Origin: Podarcis muralis
Taxonomy: Eukaryota
NCBI RefSeq assembly: GCF_964188315.1
Contig: NC_135664.1
Location: forward strand, 75,020,001 to 75,084,000
Direction of reading: 5' to 3'
Length of the DNA stretch: 64,000 nucleotides
Of this stretch, positions 35,970 through 47,599 are shown piece after piece. Every line of letters begins with the position of its first letter. Position 1 is the stretch's first letter. Below the pieces are notes generated by a model. That model saw only the letters and a list, made by a program, of their open reading frames with translations, made no database searches and had not been told where the DNA came from. Made by a program: the position numbers and the translations under genes.

Positions 35970-37058
35970 GTGATCAGTTCAAAGACAGATCAAAGACACC
36001 GCTTCCATTTTGTGGTGTTTTCAGCCATCTTTTTGGCCAATGCAAACCATACCATTCACTACATGTGCAAAGGACTATTAGACTATGGAAAGCTGGTATC
36101 ACTGATTCAAGTTTGTCAATTAAATTTATTAAACTAAATAGTTTTAAGTGGATTTTGAATAAACATGCAAGTAGTTGTCACTGTTTCAAATCTTATTGCA
36201 TTATTATCTTCTTTAGCAAATTGTGCAAAGTCCCATTCTGAATAGTGCTTTCGATAGGGTAGGATAAACTACGGACGAGTTTATGGAACCAAGGGGGTAC
36301 TAGCCCCAAAATACTTTGGGAACCACTGATCTAGGTTCAGGCCATGTGGTGTTTCTGTGCCCAGTGTGTACATTCAGAAGATCGATGACAGTTGTGGAGT
36401 CATTCTTGTATACCAAGTGATTTTGTTCTATTTGGAGGTGTTTCTGGAGTGAATCTTTTGAAACTCCCAATTTCTACTACAAAAAAAAAAAAAAAAGCGG
36501 AACAAGCTCTTGCTAAGTACTTTAACTCTGAGAATCATAGCCTATCAGACTGCTCAATGATTGCTACAGAAATGGTAGCAGAAAGGGAGAACTTTTGTAT
36601 GTAAACACAGGACACCTGAGCCCTGTATTGCCTCAGCCAGGAGGTTCAAACAGCAAAAGGGATTTGGTGCCCACCCAAGGCTGTACAGAGGGAGGTCATC
36701 ATTGCCCAGAGGGCTTGTGGCAAAAATGGTAAACCAATGGCTTGAGGGAACTGTTATCCCCCGCCCCCTGCCCAAGGACCAGACCTCCTCCAAGGTTACC
36801 CAGACACCACCAATTGCTCTTACTGACAAGGTTAGTTGTTGGGATCTAAAATGCAGAGTGGGAGAGGGGATCAGAGTTGCCCAACCATCTTGGGAGCTGC
36901 CCTTTCTGGCTGGGAAGCCCAGAACCTAAGAGCTGGGCTGGGTCTCTTGGTCTTGGCTGTTCCACAAAGAAGGATAGATTAAATCTGCATGTATTCATCC
37001 TGGTTTTGCCCCCATTCATCTCGCTTCCTTCTTGGTTCTCCTCTCAGAGCTGACCCTG

Positions 37059-38015
37059 ATGGAGAGAAGCAGCAATCAGACGCTACTTGTGGCCGAATTC
37101 ATCTTCCTGGGTTTTTCTGGGGTCCACAAAGGTCAGTCCTTCTTCTTCCTGCTCTTTCTGACCATCTACCTCTTCACCCTGGTGGGAAACTCCATGATTT
37201 TCACTCTGATCCAACTGGATTCGCGCCTCCACAGCCCCATGTACTTTTTCCTCAGCCATTTATCCTGCTTGGACATCTGCTACTCGTCCGTCACCATCCC
37301 CAAGATCCTGACCAACTTCTTGCGCCAGAGACACACCATTTCCTACAACCAGTGCATGGCCCAGATGTTCTTCTTGATGACCTTTGCGGGGTCCGAGGGC
37401 GCCCTGCTGGCCGTCATGGCCTACGACCGCTATGCTGCCATTTGTCAACCCTTGCGCTATGCTCACCTGATGAGCAGAAGAGTGTGTGTCCCTCTGGCTA
37501 CCACTTCTTGGATCTGGGGCTTCCTGAACTCTGCCATTCACACTGCATTGGCTACCAACTTGACCTTCTGTGGGGCCAACCAGATCCACCACATCTTCTG
37601 CGATGTCCCACCACTGCTGAAAATCACCTGCAGCGACACGTATGTCAATGATATGGCCCTTCATGGAGCAAGCATTTTTGTGGGGATCAGCCCTTTCCTC
37701 CTGGTGGTTGTCTCCTATATCTTCATTCTGTCGGCCATCCTTCGGATCCGCTCCAACACCGGCAGGCACAAGGCCTTCTCCACTTGCGCAGCCCACATAG
37801 TTGTGGTCATCATCTATTTTGGGATGGCCAACGTGAACTACAACCGCCCGAGCGCAGGCTACTCCTTGGAAGTGGACACCCTGGTCTCCACACTCTACTG
37901 CATCATCACCCCCATGCTGAACCCCCTCATCTACAGCCTCCGCAACAAGGAGGTGAAGGAAGCCCTGAGGAAGGTTTTGGGGGGTCAGAAGAAGGGATAT
38001 AATTCCCCTCACTAA
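37059..38015 (+). CDS. Olfactory receptor OR-E, 318 aa, intact (ATG 37059)
   Basis: MERSSNQT..; all OR motifs; acceptor ctcctctcag ends at 37047. Confidence 0.97.
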   Translation: MERSSNQTLLVAEFIFLGFSGVHKGQSFFFLLFLTIYLFTLVGNSMIFTLIQLDSRLHSPMYFFLSHLSCLDICYSSVTIPKILTNFLRQRHTISYNQCMAQMFFLMTFAGSEGALLAVMAYDRYAAICQPLRYAHLMSRRVCVPLATTSWIWGFLNSAIHTALATNLTFCGANQIHHIFCDVPPLLKITCSDTYVNDMALHGASIFVGISPFLLVVVSYIFILSAILRIRSNTGRHKAFSTCAAHIVVVIIYFGMANVNYNRPSAGYSLEVDTLVSTLYCIITPMLNPLIYSLRNKEVKEALRKVLGGQKKGYNSPH

Positions 38016-39639
38016 CAAGTGGTGTGGAAAGCAGACCACTAGATAATCATTTGAAATGTACATTCGCAGCACCGCTCCTTATTCTATCAGGAGGGTCTCT
38101 TTGCTCATCTGTTCCAAAGGTGCTCCTAGGATTGTACAAAGTGCAAAAATATTGACACACAAGTAGCATGCTCCCCTCATCCTTATAGGACTAATTTAGC
38201 CTGCTAGCCCTGGTGATCATCTAATGTTTACTGGATGGATTTCCCCCCTAAATTGATTTTTGAATTCTGAATTTATTGTTATTCACGTTTTATGCTGCTT
38301 TTTGTTGCATCAATTAAGTCTTTTAAATTTGTTGTTAGCCGCCCTGAGCCCGGTTTTCTGAATCAGGAAGGGCGGGGTATAAATTAAAAAAAATTATTCA
38401 TTTATTTCTTTATCCTTATTTACGTACACACTTTAACCATTAAATGAAGCAGATTTGACTATATGTTCTGCGTTGTACACCAATGTATAAGCTCAAGACA
38501 AGACTCTCAATTTTCTGTTTACTGTTAAGGTATGTATAATTAAGCTCCTAATCACTACCCTTCCCATCCCCATCTAGACCTTTTATTTGTTTATTGCATC
38601 ATTCTGTATTATTTTTTAAAATTAAGTGCCTTTAGTATTTTGTGTGTGTGTTTTTGTGTTTTTTCCTATTACTGTTTAATTAAATTTGCTTAGTAACATA
38701 ACATTATTATATCTATTCTATAAAACAAAGAATACAAAAGAAAATTCATTCATACTACAATTATAACTACATAACATTAATATATATGGTTTCTGAAAAA
38801 AGTGCCTTTAGTATTTTGTAAGCTATCCTGTACGGTTATTTTGATCTTTTTAAAACATTATTAAAAACATACACAATTTCCCCTAAAATGTTCCTCATTT
38901 TTTATATGTTATTTTCAGCATCTTATACCTTTTTAGCCACGCTTTACCCTAGTTCAGACATTTTTTCTGCACGCTACTTGGCTAGAGATTTGCATTGCAA
39001 GATTTGGAGATGTTCAAATTGAAAAGGCTGGCTGTGCTTTGATTCCCGTATTGTTTCAGAAAGTGTGAATTAAATGGAGATTGAATCGATTTTCTTCCAC
39101 CTTCCCTAACCGAGAGCCTGGTTTGAACACTGTTATTCCCCAACCCCCTGGGACCCCACCCTTTGCTCACGACTCCAAACTTCTCTGCCAATTAAAAGAA
39201 AAACCCGAGGGGGGGGGAGAGGAGAGAGAGAAGAGAAATCTTTATCTGGACCCTTTGATTTTTCTTTCTCCTGATGCAGATGTGTGTTCTTCAGGGCCAG
39301 CTCAGGCACTCAGTATAAACCTGATTTCCTGCCAGAGTTGGACCCACACAATACAAGCAGGATGCAGCTTAGTTTTAGGGCATGTGATTGATGCTTGAAG
39401 AGCTGGGGACCTTTCTTTGGGAAGAACTCCTGCCCAACTCTCCTCACTGGGTTACCTGGACGAAGCATCAGCATCTAAAACTGACTTTCTCCACATCTTT
39501 CCAAAGGCAACAGGTGCCCCACCATTATCCATGCAGCAGGAAGGTGACAGGTGAGAAATGAAGAGAAATGAAGGCATCCATGAAGCAGCCCTCAGACCCA
39601 GGAAAGGTTTCCTTTGCGATGGGGGTGGGATAGGAATTG

Positions 39640-42600
39640 AACGACGTGGCCCAGGGAGAGAGGGAAAAATAGTGGAAGTGAACAGCTGGCTTCGCAAATG
39701 GTGTAAACAGGAATGGTTTGGATTCTTAGATCACGGACTGCAGTTTCTTGAAGATGGACTTCTGGCATGCGATGGGCTGCACCTCACAACGGTTGGGTGG
39801 AATGTTTTTGCCAAAAATCTCAGAAACCTCATCAGGAGGGCTTTAAACTGACTAATGTGGGGGAGGGAGACAGTGCTCCTGAAGCTAGGAGTCTATCAAT
39901 TGATGAAGATGATCATCCAAATGTCATAGACCAAATGGAGCAAACAGCACGCAGACCTAGTGGTGGGAGGAAAAAATCCTTAAATAAGAGACACGGGGGA
40001 ATGATTAATGGACTTCAATGTCTGTACACTAATGCGCAAAGCATGGGAAATAAACAAGATGAGCTTGAGCTCTTGGTACAGCAAACTAAATATGACATAA
40101 TAGGCATCACTGAAACCTGGTGGGATAAGTCCCACGATTGGAATGTAATAATGGAGGGATACAATCTATTTCAGAGAAACAGACCAGACAAGAAAGGAGG
40201 AGGAGTGGCGTTATATGTCAGGGATGTGTATACCTGTGAAGAGATCCAAGATTTAGAACCTCAAAGCCAAAGTGAGAGCATTTGGGTCAAAATTAAGGGA
40301 GAGAAGAATAACAGAGACCTCATTGTGGGAGTTTACTATAGATCCCCAAGCCAAACGGAGGACATAGATGATGCCTTCCTGGAACAGATGGCCAAGCATG
40401 CAAAAGGAAGGGAGATAGTAGTAATGGGGGACTTCAATTACCCGGATATTTGTTGGATGTCAAACTCAGCCAAGAGCATAAGGTCAAACAGATTCCTCAC
40501 TGGCCTTACAGACAACTTCATTGTCCAGAAAGTGGGAGAAGCAACAAGAGGAACAGCCATTTTAGATCTGGTCCTAACCAATGTTGATGACCTGGTTAGT
40601 GGGGTAGAAGTAGAAGGATCATTAGGCGCAAGTGATCATGCTCTTCTGAAGTTTACTATACAGCGACAAGGAGCAGCCAAGCATACTAGGACTCAATTTC
40701 TTGACTTTAAGAAAGCCGACTTCATAAAACTTAGGGAAGTGCTGGGTGAGATCTCATGGACAGTAATACTAAAAGGAAAGGGAGTTCATGATGGCTGGGA
40801 GTTTGTTGAGAGGGAGATAGTAAAAGCACAACTTCAGGCAATACCAATGAGACGGAAACATGGAAGGTGCCTAAAGAAGCCAGGGTGGCTATCTAAAGAA
40901 CTTTTAACTGAGTTAAGATTTAAAAAGGATGTGTACAAAAAATGGAAAAGGGGGGAAACCACCAAAGAGGAATTCAAACAAATAGCCAGCACATGTAGAC
41001 ACAAAGTCAGAAAAGCTAAAGCACAGAATGAACTCAGGCTTGCTAGAGAGGTTAAAAGCAACAAAAAAGGCTTTTATGGGTATGTCCGTAGCAAAAGGAA
41101 GAACAAAGAAGCAGTGGGGTCACTCAGAGGAGAAGATGGTGAAATGCAAACAGGGGACACAGAAAGGGCTGAACTCCTCAATGCCTTATTTGCCTCAGTC
41201 TTCTCCGATAAAGAAAACAATGCCCGACCTGAAGAATTTGGAGCAAATGATTCAGCAGAGGAAACACAGCCCAGAATATCTAAGGAGATAGTACAAGAAT
41301 ACTTGGCTAGTTTAGATGTATTCAAGTCTCCAGGGCCAGATGAACTGCATCCAAGAGTATTAAAAGAACTGGCAGATGTAATCTCAGAACCACTGGCAGT
41401 CATCTTTGAGAATTCCTGGAGAACAGGCGAAGTCCCGGCAGACTGGAGGAGGGCAAATGTTGTCCCTATTTTCAAAAAGGGGAAAAGAGAGGACCCAAAT
41501 AATTATCGCCCAGTCAGTCTGACATCAATACCAGGGAAGATTCTGGAGCAGATCATTAAGCAAACAGTCTGTGAGCACCTAGAAAGGAATGCTGTGATCA
41601 CCAATAGCATGGATTTCTGAAAAATAAGTCATGTCAGACTAACCTGATCTCGTTTTTTGACAGAATTACAAGGCTGGTAGATGAAGGGAACGCAGTGGAT
41701 GTAGCCTACCTTGATTTCAGCAAGGCATTTGACAAGGTGCCCCATGATATTCTTGTAAAGAAGCTGGTAAAATGCGGTCTTGACTATGCTACCACTCAGT
41801 GGATTTGTAACTGGCTGACTGACTGAACCCAAAGGGTGCTCATCAATGGTTCCTCTTCATCCTGGAGAAGAGTGACTAGTGGGGTGCCACAGGGTTCTGT
41901 CTTGGGCCCAGTCTTATTCAACATCTTTATCAATGACTTGGATGATCGACTCAAGGGCAACCTGATCAAATTTGCAGATGACACCAAACTGGGAGGGGTG
42001 GCTAACACCCCAGAGGACAGGATCACACTTCAAAACGACCTTGACAGATTAGAGAACTGGGCCAAAACAAACAAGATGAACTTTAACAGGGAGAAATGTA
42101 AAGTATTGCACTTGGGCAAAAAAAAATGAGAGGCACAAATACAAGATGGGTGACACCTGGCTTGAGAGCAGTACATGTGAAAAGGATCTAGGAGTCTTGG
42201 TTGACCACAAACTTGACATGAGCCAACAGTGTGATGCGGCAGCTAAAAAAGCCAATGCAATTCTGGGCCTCATCAATAGGAGTATAGCATCTGGATCAAG
42301 GGAAGTAATAGTGCCACTGTATTCTGCTCTGGTCAGACCTCACCTGGAGCACTGTGTCCAGTTCTGGGCACCACAGTTCAAGAAGGACACTGACAAACTG
42401 GAATGTGTCCAGAGAAGGGCAACCAAAATGGTCAAAGGCCTGGAAACGATGCCTTATGATGAACGGCTAAGGGAGCTGGGCATGTTTAGCCTGGAGAAGA
42501 GGAGGTTAAGGGGTGATATGATAGCCATGTTCAAATATATAAAAGGATGTCACATAGAGGAGGGAGAAAGGTTGTTTTCTGCTGCTCCAGAGAAGCGGAC

Positions 42601-42857
42601 ACGGAGCAATGGATCCAAACGACAAGAAAGAAGATTCCACCTAAACATTAGGAAGAACTTCCTGACAGTAAGAGCTGTTCGACAGTGGAATTTGCTGCCA
42701 AGGAGTGTGGTGGAGTCTCCTTCTTTGGAGGTCTTTAAGCAGAGGCTTGACAACCATATGTCAGGAGTGCTCTGATGGTGTTTCCTGCTTGGCAGGGGGT
42801 TGGACTCGATGGCCCTTGTGGTCTATTCCAACTCTATGATTCTATGATTCTATGATT
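39640..42857 (+). mobile_element. CR1 LINE, 5'-truncated in ORF1, ORF2 (APE + RT) disrupted
   Basis: ORF1 esterase end (DGLHL..RRALN), APE (YTNAQS..GITETWWD, GDFN, SDH), RT ([15 protein letters not shown]), (ATTCTATG)n tail; 4 bp deletion ~41607, TGA at ~41824, A9 frameshift ~42118. Confidence 0.97.
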
Positions 42858-42986
42858 CGGCGATCAGCCTTCTTTAAGGTCCAGCTCTCACTTCCATACA
42901 TCACTACTGGGAAAACCGGAGCTTTAACTATACGGACCTTTGTCAGCAAGGTGATGTCTCTGCTTTTTAAGATGCTATCTAGGTTT
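42856..42986 (-). mobile_element. Internal BovB fragment fused to the CR1 tail (also 52445-52575)
   Basis: cggcgatcagccttcttt..gtgatgtctctgctttttaagatgct matches 11203-11325; the BovB 3' end is missing. Confidence 0.85.
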
Positions 42987-43116
42987 TCTGTCTACACCTT
43001 TTCTCCTACTTCATGCATTTTTATACACATTAATTGACTGCATTTACTGTGTTTTTCATATTTTGTTGGGTGCTGCCCAGAGTGGCTGGGGCAACCCAGT
43101 TAGGTGGGTGGCATCA

Positions 43117-43177
<61 letters not shown>

Positions 43178-44350
43178 GCAAAATCTGGACAAGTGCAAAT
43201 TTCAAAGCCTGTGTTCCAGAAAGTGTGAATTAGAAAGGATCACCTTAATTGCAAACTGAATTGTCCCTAAGGGCCTCGTTTGAACACGGCTGTTTGCAAC
43301 CCCCTTGGGCTCCACCCCATACCCTTGATGCCAGTGTTTTCTGCCAGGAAAAAGGAAACCCAGGGGGGAGATGATCCCCCCCCCCCCCCGGACTCCTTGA
43401 TCTTCATTCCTTGTGATGCAAATGCATGTTCTCCAGGGGATACTCAAACAATAAAAGCCATATTACCTTCCAGACTGGGACCCACAGGATACAGGCAGGA
43501 CACTGGGTCAGTTTTAAGGTATGTGGGGATGCAGGAAGGACGGTGCGTTGGGTCAGCAGGAAATGGAGACCTTCCTTTGGGCAGAAAATGAGTGACAGCC
43601 AGGTGTGTCTCTCGTTCTGACAGGAGGAAAGGTAGGGATCCTGCAACCCACCCATCCTCTTCATTCCCCTCACCTTCTCTGACCTACTACCTCCTGCCTG
43701 GCTCTCCTCACCAGCTCACCTGGAAGGAGCATCAGCATCCAAAACTGTCTCCTCACCTGTCCCAGAGCAGCAGCTGTCATAGCCGGCATCCAAGTTCATT
43801 CGGCAGGAAGATGCAAGGTGAGGAGCAGAGAAATGAAGGGACCCACAAAGTAACCTCCAAACTTAGGAAATTCTTTATTTGCCACGAGGGTAGATTGGGG
43901 AGGAATCACTCGCCTGTCTGCACCAGTTTGTTTAAATCCAGGCAAACTTCTTATCTGCTGCTGTGCAATACTGTGCCTGATGTTTAAAACAACTTGAAAA
44001 ATGAAGAAATAAGCTAAGATGCCTGGTGTACAGCTGACATTCAGGGGAGCAAACTGGTGACATCCCCCCCCCCCCCCAGTGTTAAGCACTGGGTCGGTTT
44101 CAGGTTTCTCTCCATTTCTCATTTTTCCACTGCAAAATTCAGGTCCACACATTTCCACATCAGTTTGGGAATTTTTATTTATTTATATACATTTTTTTTT
44201 AAAAAATGCCATCTTGAGAATCCACTAGCATTTTAGTGCAATGTTCTCCTAATATACAAATTTGATAGCCATTTTGCCCAAGATACACATTTTTGCAAAG
44301 CCATTTCCTCTAACATAATGCCTGTTGGTTTGCTATCTGAACTAAGGTAT

Positions 44351-44540
44351 AATAATAATAATAATAAATTTTTATTTATATCCCGCCCTCGCCAGCCGAA
44401 GCTGGGCTCAGGGCGGCTAACAACAATCAAAATAATCCAACATTCTAAAAACATTCATTATAAAATTGATTAAAATCAAATTAATGGCAACGATTAAGCA
44501 ACATTCTGTGCAGATGGCCAGAGGAGGGGGTCAGGCTGTG
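44351..44540 (-). mobile_element. L2 3' fragment private to unit 2
   Basis: (AAT)n + tttatttatatcccgccctc..ggtcaggctgtg; absent at 34270 and 53905. Confidence 0.85.
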
Positions 44541-44973
44541 TATTTGTATGCGCACTCAGACCCAGTAGATACAATTCTTGACTGGAGAACTGGGTTGCAA
44601 AATTCAGAGAAGAGTGAATTTTGCAGTGTGTCTGTTTCTTGGGAGGTTTGCCTTTCAATGCAATCTGAGATTCACGCAGCGCCCATCCCCAGTCCAGAGT
44701 GGTTTTATGCATCGGCCTTATTCATTGGCTGTAGATTTACAACAGACTCCCCTACCCCCCCACACACACAAAAAGTACTGCCAGAGTAAGTGGGACGTTG
44801 GCAACAGCAGCTACTGAAGAGCCTGGTCCACTGACAGCACTGCAGGGCTGTTGTGCTGCACTTGGACAAGGAAGGGGGTGTGCGAGGGTTCTCTTGGTCA
44901 TCCTCCAATCACGGTCAGTGGTTCCCAAAGGGGGCACTAAGAGGCAAGTGGGCAGCAGAGATGTGTTGTGTTG

Positions 44974-45533
44974 TGTTGTGACCAATAGGTCCTTTTAATA
45001 TTTTGATGTTTAGCATAAATAAGACCAATTATACACTCTAGGAAAGCACAAGTAAACCTCAGACAACCAATATTGGATTTTCTACAGCATTGCTTTACTG
45101 ATTAACAAACATAACAAGACAGGGAACATGCACTCAGCCACACACACAACCACACACACATCTATACTCACCACTCTTCAACTGGATTGATCAGATCCAG
45201 TAAGAGTCGTGGGTGGCAGACGACAGCGCTGTCATATGTCCGGCACGCACCTGAAGGTGGAGGGCTTTGATATTTATACATCATGTTTGTTCATCTGACA
45301 CATGGCAGCTCCTGATGCTTACACAACTCCTTGTTGTTGGTATCTCACATCCTTACTCTTGGCGACATCTCATCCTTGTCCTTGGCAGCATCTCACAACT
45401 CTGAACTTATCTGAATGTTTTGTAAAGGTGTACAGCCCAGTACCAAGCCTCCTTGTGCTGTTCCGTTCCAGCACACTCTGTTTTTGCCCAAACATCAAGA
45501 TGTTTTCCACATTTCATTAGCGCTTATACAACA
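44974..45533 (-). mobile_element. Solo LTR-like element (~560 bp) inside the hAT; paralogues 34711-35255 (end lost) and 54349-54908
   Basis: Termini TGTTGT...ACAACA; minus strand has tataaata and downstream agtaaa. No TSD found. Confidence 0.45.
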
Positions 45534-46642
45534 CAGTTTGTGATCAGTTCAAAGACAGTTCAAAGACATTGCTTCCATTTTGTAGTGCTTTCAGCCATCT
45601 TTTTGGCCAATGCAAACCATACCATTCACTACATGTGCAAAGGACTATTAGACTATGGAAAGCTGGTATCACTGATTCAAGTTTGTCAATTAAATTTATT
45701 AAACTAAATAGTTTTAAGTGGGTTTTGAATAAACATGCAAGTAGTTGTCACTGTTTCAAATCTTATTGCATTATTATCTTCTTTAGCAAATTGTGCAAAG
45801 TCCCATTCTGAATAATGCTTTCGATAGGGTAGGATAAACTACGGACGACTTTATGGAACCAAGGGGGTACTAGCCCCAAAATACTTTGGGAACCACTGAT
45901 CTAGGTTCAGGCCATGTGGTGTTTCTGTGCCCAGTGTGTACATTCAGAACATCGATGACAGTTGTGGAGTCATTCTTGTATACCAAGTGATTTTGTTCTA
46001 TATGGAGGTGTTTCTGGAGTGAATCTTTTGAAACTCCCAATTTCTACTACTACAAAAAAAAGGCGGAACAAGCTCTTGCGAAGTACTTTAATTCTGAGAA
46101 TGATAGCCTATCAGACTGCTCAATGATTGCTACAGGAATGGTAACAGATCCAACAATGGTAGCAGAAAGGGAGAACTTTTGTATGTAAACACAGGACACC
46201 TGAGCCCTGCATTGCCTCGGCTAGGAGGTTCAAACAGCAATAGGGATTTGGTGCCCACCCAAGGCTGTACAGAGGGAGGTCATCATTGCCCAGAGGGCTT
46301 GTGGCAAAAATGGTAAACCAATGGCTTGAGGGAACTGTTATCCCCCGTCCGCTGCCCAAGGACCAGACCTCCTCCAAGGTTACCCAGACACCACCAATTG
46401 CTCTTACTGACAAGGTTAGTTGTTGGGATCTAAAATGCAGAGTGAGAGAGGGCAGCAGAGATGCCCAACCATCTTGGGAGCTGCCCTTTCTGGCTGGGAA
46501 GCCCAGAACCTAAGAGCTGGGCTGGGGCTCTTGGTCTTGGCTGCTCCACAAAGAAGGATAGATTAAATCTGCATGTATTCATCCTGGTTTTGCCCCCATT
46601 CATCTCGCTTCCTTCTTGGTTCTCCTCTCAGAGCTGACCCTG

Positions 46643-47599
46643 ATGGAGAGAAGCAGCAATCAGACGCTACTTGTGGCCGAATTCATCTTCCTGGGTTTCT
46701 CTGGGGTCCACAAAGGTCAGGTCTTCTTCTTCCTGCTCTTTCTGACCATCTACCTCATCACCCTGGTGGGAAACTCCATGATTTTCACTCTGATCCAACT
46801 GGATTCGCGCCTCCACAGCCCCATGTACTTTTTCCTCAGCCATTTATCCTGCTTGGACATCTGCTACTCGTCCGTCACTGTCCCCAAGATCCTGACCAAC
46901 TTCTTGCGCCAGAGACACACCATTTCCTACAACCAGTGCATGGCCCAGATGTTCTTCCTGATTACATTTGCGGGGTCCGAGTGCGCCCTGCTGGCCGTCA
47001 TGGCCTATGACCGTTATGCCGCCATTTGTCAACCCTTGCACTATGCTCACCTGATGAGCAGAAGAGTGTGTGTCCCTCTGGCTACCACTTCTTGGATCTG
47101 GGGCTTCCTGAACTCTGCCATTCACACTGCATTAGCTACCAACTTGACCTTCTGTGGGGCCAACCAGATCCACCACATCTTCTGCGATGTCCCACCACTG
47201 CTGAAAATCACCTGCAGCGACACCTATGTCAACGAGATGGCCCTTCATGCAGCAAGCATTTTTGTGGGGATCAGCCCTTTCCTCCTGGTGGTCGTCTCCT
47301 ATATCTTCATTCTGTCGGCCATCCTTCGGATCCGCTCCAACACCGGCAGGCACAAGGCCTTCTCCACTTGCGCAGCCCACATAGTTGTGGTCATCATCTA
47401 TTTTGGGATGGCCAACGTGAACTACAACCGCCCGAGCGCAGGCTACTCCTTGGAAGTGGACACCCTGGTCTCCACACTCTACTGCATCATCACCCCTATG
47501 CTGAACCCCCTCATCTACAGCCTCCGCAACAAGGAGGTGAAGGAAGCCCTGAGGAAGGTTTTGGGGGGTCAGAAGAAGGGATATAATTCCCCTCACTAA
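46643..47599 (+). CDS. Olfactory receptor OR-F, 318 aa, intact (ATG 46643)
   Basis: All OR motifs; 8 aa different from OR-E. Confidence 0.97.
   Translation: MERSSNQTLLVAEFIFLGFSGVHKGQVFFFLLFLTIYLITLVGNSMIFTLIQLDSRLHSPMYFFLSHLSCLDICYSSVTVPKILTNFLRQRHTISYNQCMAQMFFLITFAGSECALLAVMAYDRYAAICQPLHYAHLMSRRVCVPLATTSWIWGFLNSAIHTALATNLTFCGANQIHHIFCDVPPLLKITCSDTYVNEMALHAASIFVGISPFLLVVVSYIFILSAILRIRSNTGRHKAFSTCAAHIVVVIIYFGMANVNYNRPSAGYSLEVDTLVSTLYCIITPMLNPLIYSLRNKEVKEALRKVLGGQKKGYNSPH

Larger units (their letters stand above)
34648..36328. mobile_element. Non-autonomous hAT (Charlie-like) element with nested insertions; paralogous copies 44916-45898 and 54283-55272
   Basis: TIR cagtggttcccaaa / tttgggaaccactg; 8 bp flanks atcacggt / atctaggt (6/8 match). 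Confidence 0.65.
32580..42986 (+). repeat. Segmental duplication unit 1 (upstream block + OR-E + 3' flank + CR1 + BovB piece)
   Basis: Colinear with 42990-52575 (OR and CR1 offsets 9584-9585 bp); the upstream block is repeated again at 52580-55860. Confidence 0.95.
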
